Virus record (IMG/VR): IMGVR_UViG_2541047801_000004
Coordinates: 1 to 41,611 of that record
DNA: 41,611 nucleotides
From: a virus
Lineage: Duplodnaviria > Heunggongvirae > Uroviricota > Caudoviricetes
Direction: 5' to 3' (one strand)
Shown here: positions 1 to 8,650 of the stretch, piece by piece
Layout: each line of letters starts with the position of its first letter
Position numbering within the stretch: the stretch's first letter is position 1
The notes under the pieces: model-generated
What the model saw: only the letters and a program-made list of their open reading frames with translations
What the model was told of the DNA's origin: nothing
Database searches by the model: none
Translations under genes and position numbers: made by a program

Positions 1-207
1 TCAGCTATCAATGAGAAAATAAAATATAAATAAATCAATGCATTGAAACAAACCACTTAGCAGATACCACGAAAAATACCATGTCTCAATAATAGAGCTG
101 TCTACAGGCTGTTCAGACGAACAATATGGCCGCTCTACTCCTAATAGAGTCCTTAGCTCGGTCACATCACTAATTTCAACATAGATGTGAACAAAATGAG
201 GCATCAA
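1..207 (-). CDS. hypothetical small protein (68 aa), AT-rich, divergent from the ATPase gene
   Basis: Complete ORF from ATG at 207 to the stop at 1-3; no recognisable motif; may be spurious. Confidence 0.25.
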   Translation of the reverse strand: MMPHFVHIYVEISDVTELRTLLGVERPYCSSEQPVDSSIIETWYFSWYLLSGLFQCIDLFIFYFLIDS

Positions 208-223
208 CGCACCTATTCAGTTA

Positions 224-1738
224 GTGTATTTGATATCGTATGTGGCAACAAAAAATGGAGTTACAATCTTGAAAGTAAGCGAGTTATCTAGCCAAATTGG
301 CCGACTTTACGGCTTAAACAACATCAACATAATTATGGGCCGAAACGGTGCGGGAAAAAGTCGTTTCCTTCGTGATATCGAACAAACAATCAGCCAGAAC
401 AAGCAGCAATTTTATGTCCGGTATGTAAGTCCAGAGCGAGCAGGATCGTTCAAGCGTGATGGCACCGTCCTCACAAATATGAGCGACAACCCCGAATGGC
501 TGAGGCACACTCGGGCAGTTAATCAGGCAAGCAACTTCAAAGCTGCATCGGCTATGCTATTTCGCGAGGCCGAGACGCTTTACTTACGTCGACTTGCCAA
601 TACTCCGGAAATTCGAACTGATCTAACGCGAAACTTTCAGACAGACCGATTAAGTAAAATTAATCAGCTTCTCACTAACATTTCGCTCGAGATGGGTAAT
701 GTCGATTATGAGTTTCGATCACTTGTAGATGGTCAGATTATTGATCCGGCCCAAATCAGTAGCGGTGAATCGGAAGCGGTTGCATTAGCCGCGGAAATCA
801 TCTATTTCTTCGACACAATAGATCCGGAGAAATTCAACGTACTCCTCCTCGATGAGCCTGATGTACATCTGCACCCCGACCTCCAAGCTAGACTGGGCAA
901 GCTGATAATCAGTATGCTCGACGAATTTAGAACACACGCGAACAGTATTGCCATATGCTTATCCACCCATAGTTCCCCGCTCGTCTGTTCTCTTGCCGCC
1001 TCCCCATATGTATCAATCGGCACGAAGAGCTTTGCAGTGAATGAAATCTCATTGATACCGGCCAGCGATGAACTTCGAAAGATTGCACCATTCTTCGGGC
1101 ACCCCCTATCGCTTTCTCTTAGCGAAGACGCTGCATTAATTTTGGAAGGAGAGGACGACGAACGAGTCTGGCAACAAGCGGCCAGAACATCACAGGGTCG
1201 AATAAAAATCTTTCCCGTACTAGCAGGTAGCGTAGATCAACAGAGTCAACTTGAGGATTTTTGCGTAGACCTCCTTAGTACACTCTATGACAATCCAATC
1301 GCCTTTTCCCTTCGTGATGGCGATGGTGTAATCAACGAGTCGCTTGAACATCGCCTACCTCTTAAACGCTATCGCTTACGATGCTACGCTATCGAAAATG
1401 TTCTTTTGACTGATTCATGCCTTGCAGTAATGAATGTTACATGGGTGGAATTTGTAGACGCAGCCAAAAAATGGGTTGAGGATAATCAAACACACTCCGA
1501 CATAGCGTTGATTGCAAAACTAATGGAATCGAACGACCGATTGCGTCACAAGAAGATCAAGAAAATCCGCCAACTCGTCTGTGCTATTGTTGAGTGTAAA
1601 AAACCTTGGGAGGTAGTAGTTGGACAAGCAATCGGGGCATTGACCAGAGAAGACCTTGAAAACTCGAATATGTTGATCGATTTTCTTGGAGGAGAGATGG
1701 TCAGCGACGTCATCTTCAGGGACGCAATAAACCCATGA
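224..1738 (+). CDS. ABC-type ATPase fused to a Toprim/DUF4435-like nuclease domain (OLD-family / PARIS / AbiL-like), candidate anti-phage defence protein
   Basis: Walker A GRNGAGKS, ABC-signature-like SSGESE, Walker B LLLDEPDVHLHP, H-loop STHS; C-terminal acidic motifs ILEGEDDE and LRDGDG resembling the Toprim E and DxD; low GC. Start uncertain: GTG 224, or TTG 269 preceded by GGAG. Confidence 0.6.
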   Translation: MYLISYVATKNGVTILKVSELSSQIGRLYGLNNINIIMGRNGAGKSRFLRDIEQTISQNKQQFYVRYVSPERAGSFKRDGTVLTNMSDNPEWLRHTRAVNQASNFKAASAMLFREAETLYLRRLANTPEIRTDLTRNFQTDRLSKINQLLTNISLEMGNVDYEFRSLVDGQIIDPAQISSGESEAVALAAEIIYFFDTIDPEKFNVLLLDEPDVHLHPDLQARLGKLIISMLDEFRTHANSIAICLSTHSSPLVCSLAASPYVSIGTKSFAVNEISLIPASDELRKIAPFFGHPLSLSLSEDAALILEGEDDERVWQQAARTSQGRIKIFPVLAGSVDQQSQLEDFCVDLLSTLYDNPIAFSLRDGDGVINESLEHRLPLKRYRLRCYAIENVLLTDSCLAVMNVTWVEFVDAAKKWVEDNQTHSDIALIAKLMESNDRLRHKKIKKIRQLVCAIVECKKPWEVVVGQAIGALTREDLENSNMLIDFLGGEMVSDVIFRDAINP

Positions 1739-1753
1739 GAATGACCTGATACT

Positions 1754-2149
1754 ATGACCACGATTGATCCGCCCTCATGGTATCAGTATTTATTTTATAA
1801 CCCGCCTCTCAATACACCAAGAGATTGCGGTAAAGTGGAGCAGCATGATTACCAGCTTTATCTGGCGATAAATGATATTGAGCATACGAAAACGAAAGCA
1901 ATGTCATCTAAGACCAATAGTATCTGCGAGCAGTTCCATAAAACGATACTGAACGAGTTTTATCAGGTGACGTTCCGCAAAAAGTTATATGATGATCTTG
2001 AAGCATTACAATCGGTTCTTGATGAATGGCGGGTTCACTATAATAATGAGCGAACCCATCAGGGAAAAATGTGCAGTGGCCGAACGCCGATGGAAACGTT
2101 ACTTGATGGAAAGCACATCTGGGATGAGAAAAACTTAAGCCAGATGTAA
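1754..2149 (+). pseudogene. IS transposase C-terminal remnant (IS481/IS3-like integrase core tail)
   Basis: Only the C-terminal roughly 110 aa of a DDE transposase is present (CEQFHKTILNEF...YNNERTHQG...GRTPMET); the N-terminal catalytic part is absent. Confidence 0.55.
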
Positions 2150-2236
2150 TCTGACAGATACCTTTATAAATAGCCGGTAATTGTCAGATCAGGTCTGATC
2201 TAATACAACTTAACTGTGTTATGAGCAATACTGAGG

Positions 2237-3013
2237 ATGGATATGGAACCAGAGAAATTTGCTGAAACTGCAATAGGATTTACCAAAAGCCCTCTTGGTA
2301 TCATTGCACTCTTTATTGTTCTCGTTTATGGATTTGCCTCTTTCGTCGTTGGCTTTGGTAATGGCTTATCAGAGCATATAGCTCCCCTTATTTATTTCAT
2401 GGTTTTCTTTCCTGTCATTGTGTTTCTTGGCTTTCTCTGGCTTGTTGCGAAACATCATAATAAGCTTTACGGGCCGTCAGATTTCAAAGATGAAAATAAT
2501 TTTTTAAGAGCGCAAATAGCTACAGCAGCATCATTGACCGCCGCCACAGCAAAACAGCCTGAAAATAGTGCAGGGGTCACTGAAAGCCAACTGCGAAAAA
2601 TCGTCAACGTTGTATCCAATGCAAAACGGCAGAGTAAGCATGAAAAATGGCGAAATCGTATTTTATGGGTGGATGATCGACCAGAAAATAATGTTTACGA
2701 AAGACAGGCATTTGAGGCACAGGGAATAGAGTTCGCTTTAGCTCTTTCAACTGACGAAGCCTTAGAATTGTTAAAAACAAATAAGTTTGCAGCTATTATT
2801 TCGGATATGGATCGCAAAGAAGGGGCGCAAGAAGGTTATGTCTTACTAGAAAGATTACGCGCAATGGGAGACAAAACTCCTTTTATGATCTATGCGTCCT
2901 CAGATCTACCAGAGCACAAGAGAATGGCGAGAGAAAGAGGTGCAATTGGCTCCACTAATCGAGCAGAAGAACTCTTTCAAATTGTCATGGGTGCGATTAC
3001 CAATGGCTCATAA
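2237..3013 (+). CDS. membrane-anchored protein with C-terminal receiver (CheY-like REC) domain
   Basis: Two N-terminal hydrophobic helices; C-terminal domain with REC-like signature positions (WVDDRPENN, IISDMDR, MIYASSD, EHKR); low GC. Confidence 0.55.
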   Translation: MDMEPEKFAETAIGFTKSPLGIIALFIVLVYGFASFVVGFGNGLSEHIAPLIYFMVFFPVIVFLGFLWLVAKHHNKLYGPSDFKDENNFLRAQIATAASLTAATAKQPENSAGVTESQLRKIVNVVSNAKRQSKHEKWRNRILWVDDRPENNVYERQAFEAQGIEFALALSTDEALELLKTNKFAAIISDMDRKEGAQEGYVLLERLRAMGDKTPFMIYASSDLPEHKRMARERGAIGSTNRAEELFQIVMGAITNGS

Positions 3014-3230
3014 CAAAGCCATTAAATTCGCCCCCTACGGCTACGGTTGCCGGGCGCTCACAACGGCCAGTATCTCATTTGTCGATTTGATCGATCTCAT
3101 TGTAAGCACTTCCGGCTAGACTGTTTTGGAATACCGCCATTTTGTTGGTAATGGCTTTTATCTTTAGGCCATAGCCGATGTTATAGAGTTACGGCCTTAA
3201 AAATAGAAGTCATACACTCAATGAAAAACC

Positions 3231-3263
3231 AATAAAAAATGCCAGTCAGCAAACTGACTGGCA
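3231..3263 (-). terminator. rho-independent terminator ending the late/lysis transcript
   Basis: 10-bp perfect stem TGCCAGTCAG/CTGACTGGCA with loop CAAA, followed on the minus strand by TTTTTTATT. Confidence 0.6.
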
Positions 3264-3409
3264 TTAAAGTTAGTTGGAAAGGCTTAATTTACTATTTATA
3301 GCCAGTCCTACTCCCACTCAATTATTTACGGCATGCATAACCAATTGACTGGTAACAACTTTCTGTAACCTTATTTTCACCGTACCGTTTTATATACCGT
3401 CACCGGAAA

Positions 3410-3907
3410 TCAGTGCCACGATTTTTGCTTCTTCAGTGAATCGTATTGCTGCTCGCAGAATTCCCCTGCGATACGATACTTTTCAGCCTCAGCTGCTGTT
3501 GCGTTGTAAACTCGGTTGCTTTCTTCAAGCATGTCGGCGAGCACACCGATGACCTTGCTGGCTGGCGTGCCAGGGGGGAAAGATCCGGTATAGTGTTCGG
3601 CGAGCCGCCTGGTTTTGTCAAGCTCGGCGCGCATGCTGTCAGCAGCGGAATTAGCATACTCAGCATCAGCACGCGCCGCATCGATACGGGATTGTGCTTC
3701 ACGTTCAATTTGTGTTTTCTCCTGCTCACGCTGTGACCTTAACTTATCATCAGCCTGTTTCTGATCTTCCTTCGCCTGAGCATACCCGGCATCGTACTGG
3801 CGGCTGCCATGCACATTCCAGGCAACAACGCAGCTGGCCACCAGAGCAGCAAGCATCGACACGATAAGCAACTGTTTCCAGTATGCTTTCACGAATGCCT
3901 TGATCAT
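3410..3907 (-). CDS. i-spanin (Rz-like)
   Basis: N-terminal TM helix followed by a charged coiled-coil-like region; last gene of the lysis cassette; an embedded lipoprotein ORF lies in another frame. Confidence 0.7.
   Translation of the reverse strand: MIKAFVKAYWKQLLIVSMLAALVASCVVAWNVHGSRQYDAGYAQAKEDQKQADDKLRSQREQEKTQIEREAQSRIDAARADAEYANSAADSMRAELDKTRRLAEHYTGSFPPGTPASKVIGVLADMLEESNRVYNATAAEAEKYRIAGEFCEQQYDSLKKQKSWH
3433..3681 (-). CDS. o-spanin (Rz1-like lipoprotein) embedded in Rz
   Basis: Signal peptide with lipobox LLTAC, then a proline-rich mature region; entirely inside the Rz gene in a different frame. Confidence 0.55.
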   Translation of the reverse strand: MRRVLMLSMLIPLLTACAPSLTKPGGSPNTIPDLSPLARQPARSSVCSPTCLKKATEFTTQQQLRLKSIVSQGNSASSNTIH

Positions 3908-4128
3908 ATACTTACCTTCGGCTGAAATCGGCGAACGTTAATTGGCTCACCATATGGCCATGACCAATTCAGCCAGGTAAATGTTTTCAGCTCGCACATC
4001 GCATCGAAAAATTCACCAGGATCGATGTCGGAATAGCTGCAAACTATTTCCAGACCACGTTCTGTTTCTTGCAAAGCAACTGTATCTGTTTCCCAGCGGG
4101 GAATGAGCAAAGAAAATAGTTTATTCAT
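3904..4128 (-). CDS. hypothetical 74-aa protein between endolysin and Rz
   Basis: ATG at 4128 overlaps the endolysin stop (ATGA); no recognisable motif. Confidence 0.4.
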   Translation of the reverse strand: MNKLFSLLIPRWETDTVALQETERGLEIVCSYSDIDPGEFFDAMCELKTFTWLNWSWPYGEPINVRRFQPKVSI

Positions 4129-4751
4129 AAAAGCACCTTCTTGGCCGAAAGATACCGTACACGGCGATCGTCGATGCCGTTCCGGCCACCATTGATAATC
4201 AGAGTTACACGTGCAATATCGCCGGTATACTTCATGCATCCTTTGCTGGCGAAGAACCACGCCGCGCTACGAGCCGCGTATTCGTCCTGCACCAACAGTT
4301 CAGGATTCTCCAGCAGGTCCACTTTCAGGCCGTTTCCGCAATCACGATAGTTATTCAAACCGGTAATCTGGATAAGTCCGCGGCCACGGTAATTCCAGCC
4401 ATCACCAGAGGCATTGTTCCCCATGCGTTTGCTGTACACCAGATTGGCAATCGCACGCTGGCGCTCAGGTGGCAATGGTGGCTCGCCTGCACGACGACCC
4501 AATGCGTTAGCCTGTCCCTGAGTAAGACGACCGGCACGAACGAAGTTAGCCAGTCCGGTGACGCTGTAATTGAAATTCTCCTGCAACCTGGTGAAGCCAC
4601 CAGACTCATGCCCGACCTGAGCAATAAACATTGCCTGATCTTCGGGTTTTCTGATACCAAACTCTTTCATCGCAGAAGTTATATGCGAGAACCAGCGTGC
4701 GGCCAGAGCCTCGCTAATACCAGCAGCTCGCTGGAATTGTTTAATCTCCAT
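4125..4751 (-). CDS. endolysin, glycoside hydrolase family 19 (chitinase-like lysozyme)
   Basis: 208 aa from ATG 4751; GH19-like motifs ([27 protein letters not shown]); follows two membrane proteins. Confidence 0.75.
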   Translation of the reverse strand: MEIKQFQRAAGISEALAARWFSHITSAMKEFGIRKPEDQAMFIAQVGHESGGFTRLQENFNYSVTGLANFVRAGRLTQGQANALGRRAGEPPLPPERQRAIANLVYSKRMGNNASGDGWNYRGRGLIQITGLNNYRDCGNGLKVDLLENPELLVQDEYAARSAAWFFASKGCMKYTGDIARVTLIINGGRNGIDDRRVRYLSAKKVLL

Positions 4752-5049
4752 GTTTAGACCTCGATGTTTTGAAAATCTGAACAACGTTACCGCGTGTTTT
4801 AATAACCGCGGCAAGCATGACAGCGTTGATAATGACCTCAGATAAATCCACAGCCATTGGCGTACGTAACCAGATTGCATAGGCGACACGAACAGGAATA
4901 CTGGCCGCAGCAACAATAAGGAAATAAGCAAGCCACCCTCCCCATCTTCGATGTTGAGAGCCGTTACGCCGGAATGTGACAACGCGAATTGCTATGCCAG
5001 TACAAATAATTGCATTGGTGATAAGCAAAACAAGCTCATTAGTTACCAT
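4741..5049 (-). CDS. holin/antiholin-like membrane protein
   Basis: 102 aa, about three predicted TM segments, immediately upstream of the endolysin, overlapping neighbours. Confidence 0.5.
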   Translation of the reverse strand: MVTNELVLLITNAIICTGIAIRVVTFRRNGSQHRRWGGWLAYFLIVAAASIPVRVAYAIWLRTPMAVDLSEVIINAVMLAAVIKTRGNVVQIFKTSRSKHGD

Positions 5050-5440
5050 CGCCTTTTCTCCCAGGAATTAACTGGCGTGGATTATCAGAACGGTGATAGA
5101 GCCATATACCAATTCGCACTGCGACAATTGCTGACACGAATGCGCCAGCAGAGAAAACAATCCCTTTCTCGAAAGAGTCCTGCGTGATGGTAGGTATCAT
5201 GCTGGCTATTCCGATAAGAATTGATGTTGTTGGTTTGTAAAAGAGAAGACCACAAAGAAAGCTGAGTATCGACAAGAGTACACGACGACGAACAGGATAC
5301 TCTACAGCAGAGGTAACAAATATTACCGCACCAGCCAGAGCACCGAGAGCCACCTCTGGCGGAACGCCGTAGACGACAGAGGCCAGCGCACCCAAGCTTA
5401 ACCCTTGATTCAGTGAATCCGCCGTAACCGTGCCATTCAT
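5039..5440 (-). CDS. membrane protein, putative holin
   Basis: About 133 aa with four hydrophobic segments; ATG 5440 with GGTGG RBS (alternative GTG 5449); first gene of the lysis cassette. Confidence 0.5.
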   Translation of the reverse strand: MNGTVTADSLNQGLSLGALASVVYGVPPEVALGALAGAVIFVTSAVEYPVRRRVLLSILSFLCGLLFYKPTTSILIGIASMIPTITQDSFEKGIVFSAGAFVSAIVAVRIGIWLYHRSDNPRQLIPGRKGDGN

Positions 5441-5537
5441 GGTAACCACCGTTTATTGTGCATAAAAACCCCCTTAGAAGATGAGGTCCATCATACACAA
5501 TAAACCATTTACGGATAATAATTACCTAAACTTGGTC

Positions 5538-8173
5538 TTATTTTGATTCCAATAGTTCGAGTCGCTCTTCAATACGATCGCATCGGCGGCGCTGATATGC
5601 AGCCTCAAGCCAAGCGCACTGGTCAGGCCGTATGCCCCATGAACTACCCGCTTTTTTAACCAGCCTCTGTTCTCCGGTGTCATATTCGACGGTGACCAAC
5701 TCACCAGACGCATCGGTAATCTCTTTAGTCGCGATTACCGGCTCAAAAATATCGTCCCACTCGTCATAGCAAAGAAGGCCAAATCTGGTTCCATCAATTC
5801 CGTGCGCCAGGAATACATCTCTTACCTGCTGAGCCATGACGCCAAAATGCCATCTGGCACCATCGCCCTTCATGGATATAGCGTCGAGCCATCGATACGC
5901 CACAACAGAAATATCGCCCCAGGCATCAAGAATGCTGTCTCTATCAGAAGAAAGCATTTCACTTAAATCTGATATTGCCTCGGGATTGGTTTTCAGCGTG
6001 GCATCTGATGAAACGGTTGGGGCATTTGCAAAGTAGGCGTCTTTAATACGAAACGATGCCTGACCAAAATTATAGGTATTGTCAGCAAACGGGCGAAGAC
6101 CTGTATTATAAAACCGCCAGCGTATGGTTCCTCCCAATGCTGTCGGGTCGCTGTTGCATGCAATATCCACCGTGGTGGCAGACCTAAACACAGAAGAACT
6201 ACCGCCCAATACCAAGCTATTTGCGCTAGCTGTAGCCTGCTGGTCAAGGACCAATATTTTCTGAGAGTTTGTAGTTGCACCGGCATATGATGATGCAGTG
6301 ATGCGGTTTAATTGGTTTGTATCAGGATCTGCGTTTTGCTGAATGGTTAAGTTAGATGCCCACTGTGCCGGTCGCTGGCGCACAAATACAAAGTCACCAG
6401 AAGGATTAGTTGCAACCAAATAACTAATGCCACTATCAGATGAATAATAGTTGACTATAAAAGTCTGATTATTCGCATTCAGTATTTCAACATATGTGCT
6501 GGAAGGGATTGCCACGCCAGATATATCAGCAATGCTGACAGTCCCTGTGTAAAAATTAAATGCCTTCTGACTCATCTCCTGCATATAGCGAAGAATTTCA
6601 GTCATGTTAGTGAACAACGTACCATCTACAGGGTTAACAATCCCCTTCGCACTACGGGGATATACCCCAATGCTCGCGTGATCGATATCAAATCCGCGGT
6701 AAAGCCTGGATGCAGGTGTAAAATCGATAGCATCTTTATCAGTGGAGAAATCTTCGAAAATAACCAAACCTGAATTGTAAGGTTCAGAGCCAGTTCTTTC
6801 CTGATGAATGTAAAGTGAATAAATGGATTTTCCATCCTGAGAAACACAAACGCCTTCATTTTCTATGCGAGTGACGTTCAATCCTGCGGCTTTCATTAAA
6901 TCCATCATGGCCTGAGGATGAAGCATTGATTCAGTTCGCTTTGTACCGTCAGGGTTAAAAACTTTGCTGCCCTGATATTCGTTATATCCTGCGCTTCCTG
7001 CCCCATCAGCTATGAAGCCGCCATAGCCGCAGACAAAGTAGTTATCACCTACCGCAATACCCTGACGCTTGTTGAAATAAGGCGCATAAGGTGAGGTGCT
7101 TTTAGTTACATACCCAACATCATGTAACGGCAGCGTTATAGTTGACAGGCGATTGAAACCACTGTCGAACACTGCAAGTACAGTTCTTGTGATTTTCTGT
7201 CCTACTTCTGGCGCATTCTGCTCAACGAGCCATATACCTCTTCTGTAGCTGAACTGGTTGAATAATCCAACATCATGGTTTTGTACAAGAGGCAGATTGC
7301 TTCCGTATAATGCCCCCTCCATATTAAATTCACGCAGTATTCCGTTTGTGTGACCAACAAACATTTTTTTTGGGCCATAGTCTGACGTAACCACGATTCC
7401 TTCAGCAGCGAAGCCTGGGCCGCCAGCCTGAACATAGAAATAACCTTGATAAATACCAGATATGTTAAATACTGCGACGACATTATTCGTCTGTTTAGGC
7501 TCAAATGGATAAGTGATGTATATCAAATCTTCGCTAACGCAGAATCCTTGAGGATACATATAAGTTGCTGACGGGTTAGCAGCCATAATCGCATCATATT
7601 CAGGAAAAAGAAGCGGCATCGTAGCTACAATCTTTCTTTGGTGATTTGTAAAAATATCGTTTTTAGCGCTGTTAGGTGTAGGCGTTACACCTCCAGTAAA
7701 AAGATCATCAACATAACCTTTATTGACAGCATCGTTTCTGTCAGTGGCATTTGCTAGATTTGATATCTTATTATTTTTTGCATCATAATAGTTAGCCAGA
7801 ATGCTTGGTTTTATAAGTGCTAACCTCATCCATGAAAAACACTTTTGAATAAGCATTGTCAGTTTATCGAACGCGTCTTCATGTACCTCAGCGAAGAACT
7901 TACCCTGATTACGCAAATCAGTATCCTGCGTAACCGGGAGCTCTCGTGATATAGAAATATGATAACCGTTAGCCAACGCCTTCGACAGAATTACATTACC
8001 GCCATTATATCCTCCAGCATTGGTTACTGTGTAGTCAGTATCCAGAACCAATTCTGTTACGTTCCCGTTCAGGTCAGACACCTGAACAACCAGGTCCGGA
8101 AGGTATACGGAAATGATGTCGTAGCTCCGTTACCAGTGTATTCGTTGTGGTCAACTTCGGTTGAGACCGTCAT
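5538..8173 (-). CDS. tailspike/tail fibre protein with C-terminal intramolecular-chaperone (peptidase S74-like) domain; 5' end frameshifted (possible pseudogene or assembly error)
   Basis: ATG 8173 with GGAG RBS encodes MTVSTEVDHNEYTGNGATTSFPYTF, then hits TGA at 8069-8071; the 847-aa body (DLVVQVSDLNGNVTEL...) is in another frame open from 8129; the frames meet at 8097-8099. Confidence 0.7.
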
Positions 8174-8244
8174 GTTAAATCTCCAGATAGTCGCAGCACC
8201 CGTTGCGCCGCATATCTGGTTATTCTATTACCTGAAAAACCACA

Positions 8245-8263
8245 TATGGATAGATAATCCATA
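8245..8263. promoter_or_regulatory. 19-bp perfect dyad TATGGAT-N5-ATCCATA in the tailspike/antirepressor divergent control region
   Basis: Perfect 7-5-7 inverted repeat, 72-90 bp upstream of the tailspike ATG. Confidence 0.35.
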
Positions 8264-8276
8264 AATACGAAAAGAT

Positions 8277-8293
8277 ATTACCTTTCAGGTGAT
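8277..8293. promoter_or_regulatory. operator-like 17-bp dyad (ATTACC TTTCA GGTGAT)
   Basis: Member of the recurrent ATTACC-N5-GGTAAT family. Confidence 0.45.
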
Positions 8294-8329
8294 TTGCAAA
8301 ACGTGCTGGATAGCAAACAAATTATTTGC

Positions 8330-8349
8330 TACTGTATAAATATACAGTT
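8330..8349. promoter_or_regulatory. LexA (SOS) box TACTGTATAAATATACAGTT
   Basis: CTGT-N8-ACAG with AT-rich centre, near-perfect match to the enterobacterial SOS box; 20 bp upstream of the RBS of the 8369 gene and overlapping a TATAAAT -10-like element. Confidence 0.65.
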
Positions 8350-8368
8350 ATTGCATGGAGAAGATAAG

Positions 8369-8626
8369 ATGCAGCAGTATCACTATCCACTGGAAGACGG
8401 ATTTACCGAAAGGATTCACACGCCGGGAGGCGTCAGGTCACTGGTGGAGGGATCGCACTTGATGAAATTACTCCGGGATCTCGATAAGGATGGATTTAAT
8501 GTCGATGGCCCACTTGCCGAACTGACTGCACTGATTAACTACGTCACCAGCTCACAGATGTCTATGCGGGATCTGCAAACACATCTCGACTATTGTGCCG
8601 AACAATTACGAAAACAAACCCGGTAA
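8369..8626 (+). CDS. small antirepressor-like protein (paralogue of the Ant C-terminal domain), putatively SOS-inducible
   Basis: 85 aa; GGAG RBS; clear similarity to the C-terminus of the Ant at 9772-10458 (H-P-GV...L-E-S-LM-LL...DG...AELT...RD-QTH); LexA box immediately upstream. Confidence 0.6.
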   Translation: MQQYHYPLEDGFTERIHTPGGVRSLVEGSHLMKLLRDLDKDGFNVDGPLAELTALINYVTSSQMSMRDLQTHLDYCAEQLRKQTR

Positions 8627-8632
8627 ATTTAA

Positions 8633-8650
8633 AGGCCGCAAGAGCGGCCT
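8633..8650. terminator. hairpin AGGCCGC-AAGA-GCGGCCT between convergent genes
   Basis: 7-bp GC-rich stem; same stem sequence as the hairpin at 10483-10500; flanking T/A runs are weak. Confidence 0.4.

Noticed and set aside
8069-8173. Programmed ribosomal frameshift in the tailspike gene
   Set aside because: There is no slippery heptamer and the shift looks like loss of about 16 nt of conserved coding sequence; deletion or assembly error is more likely
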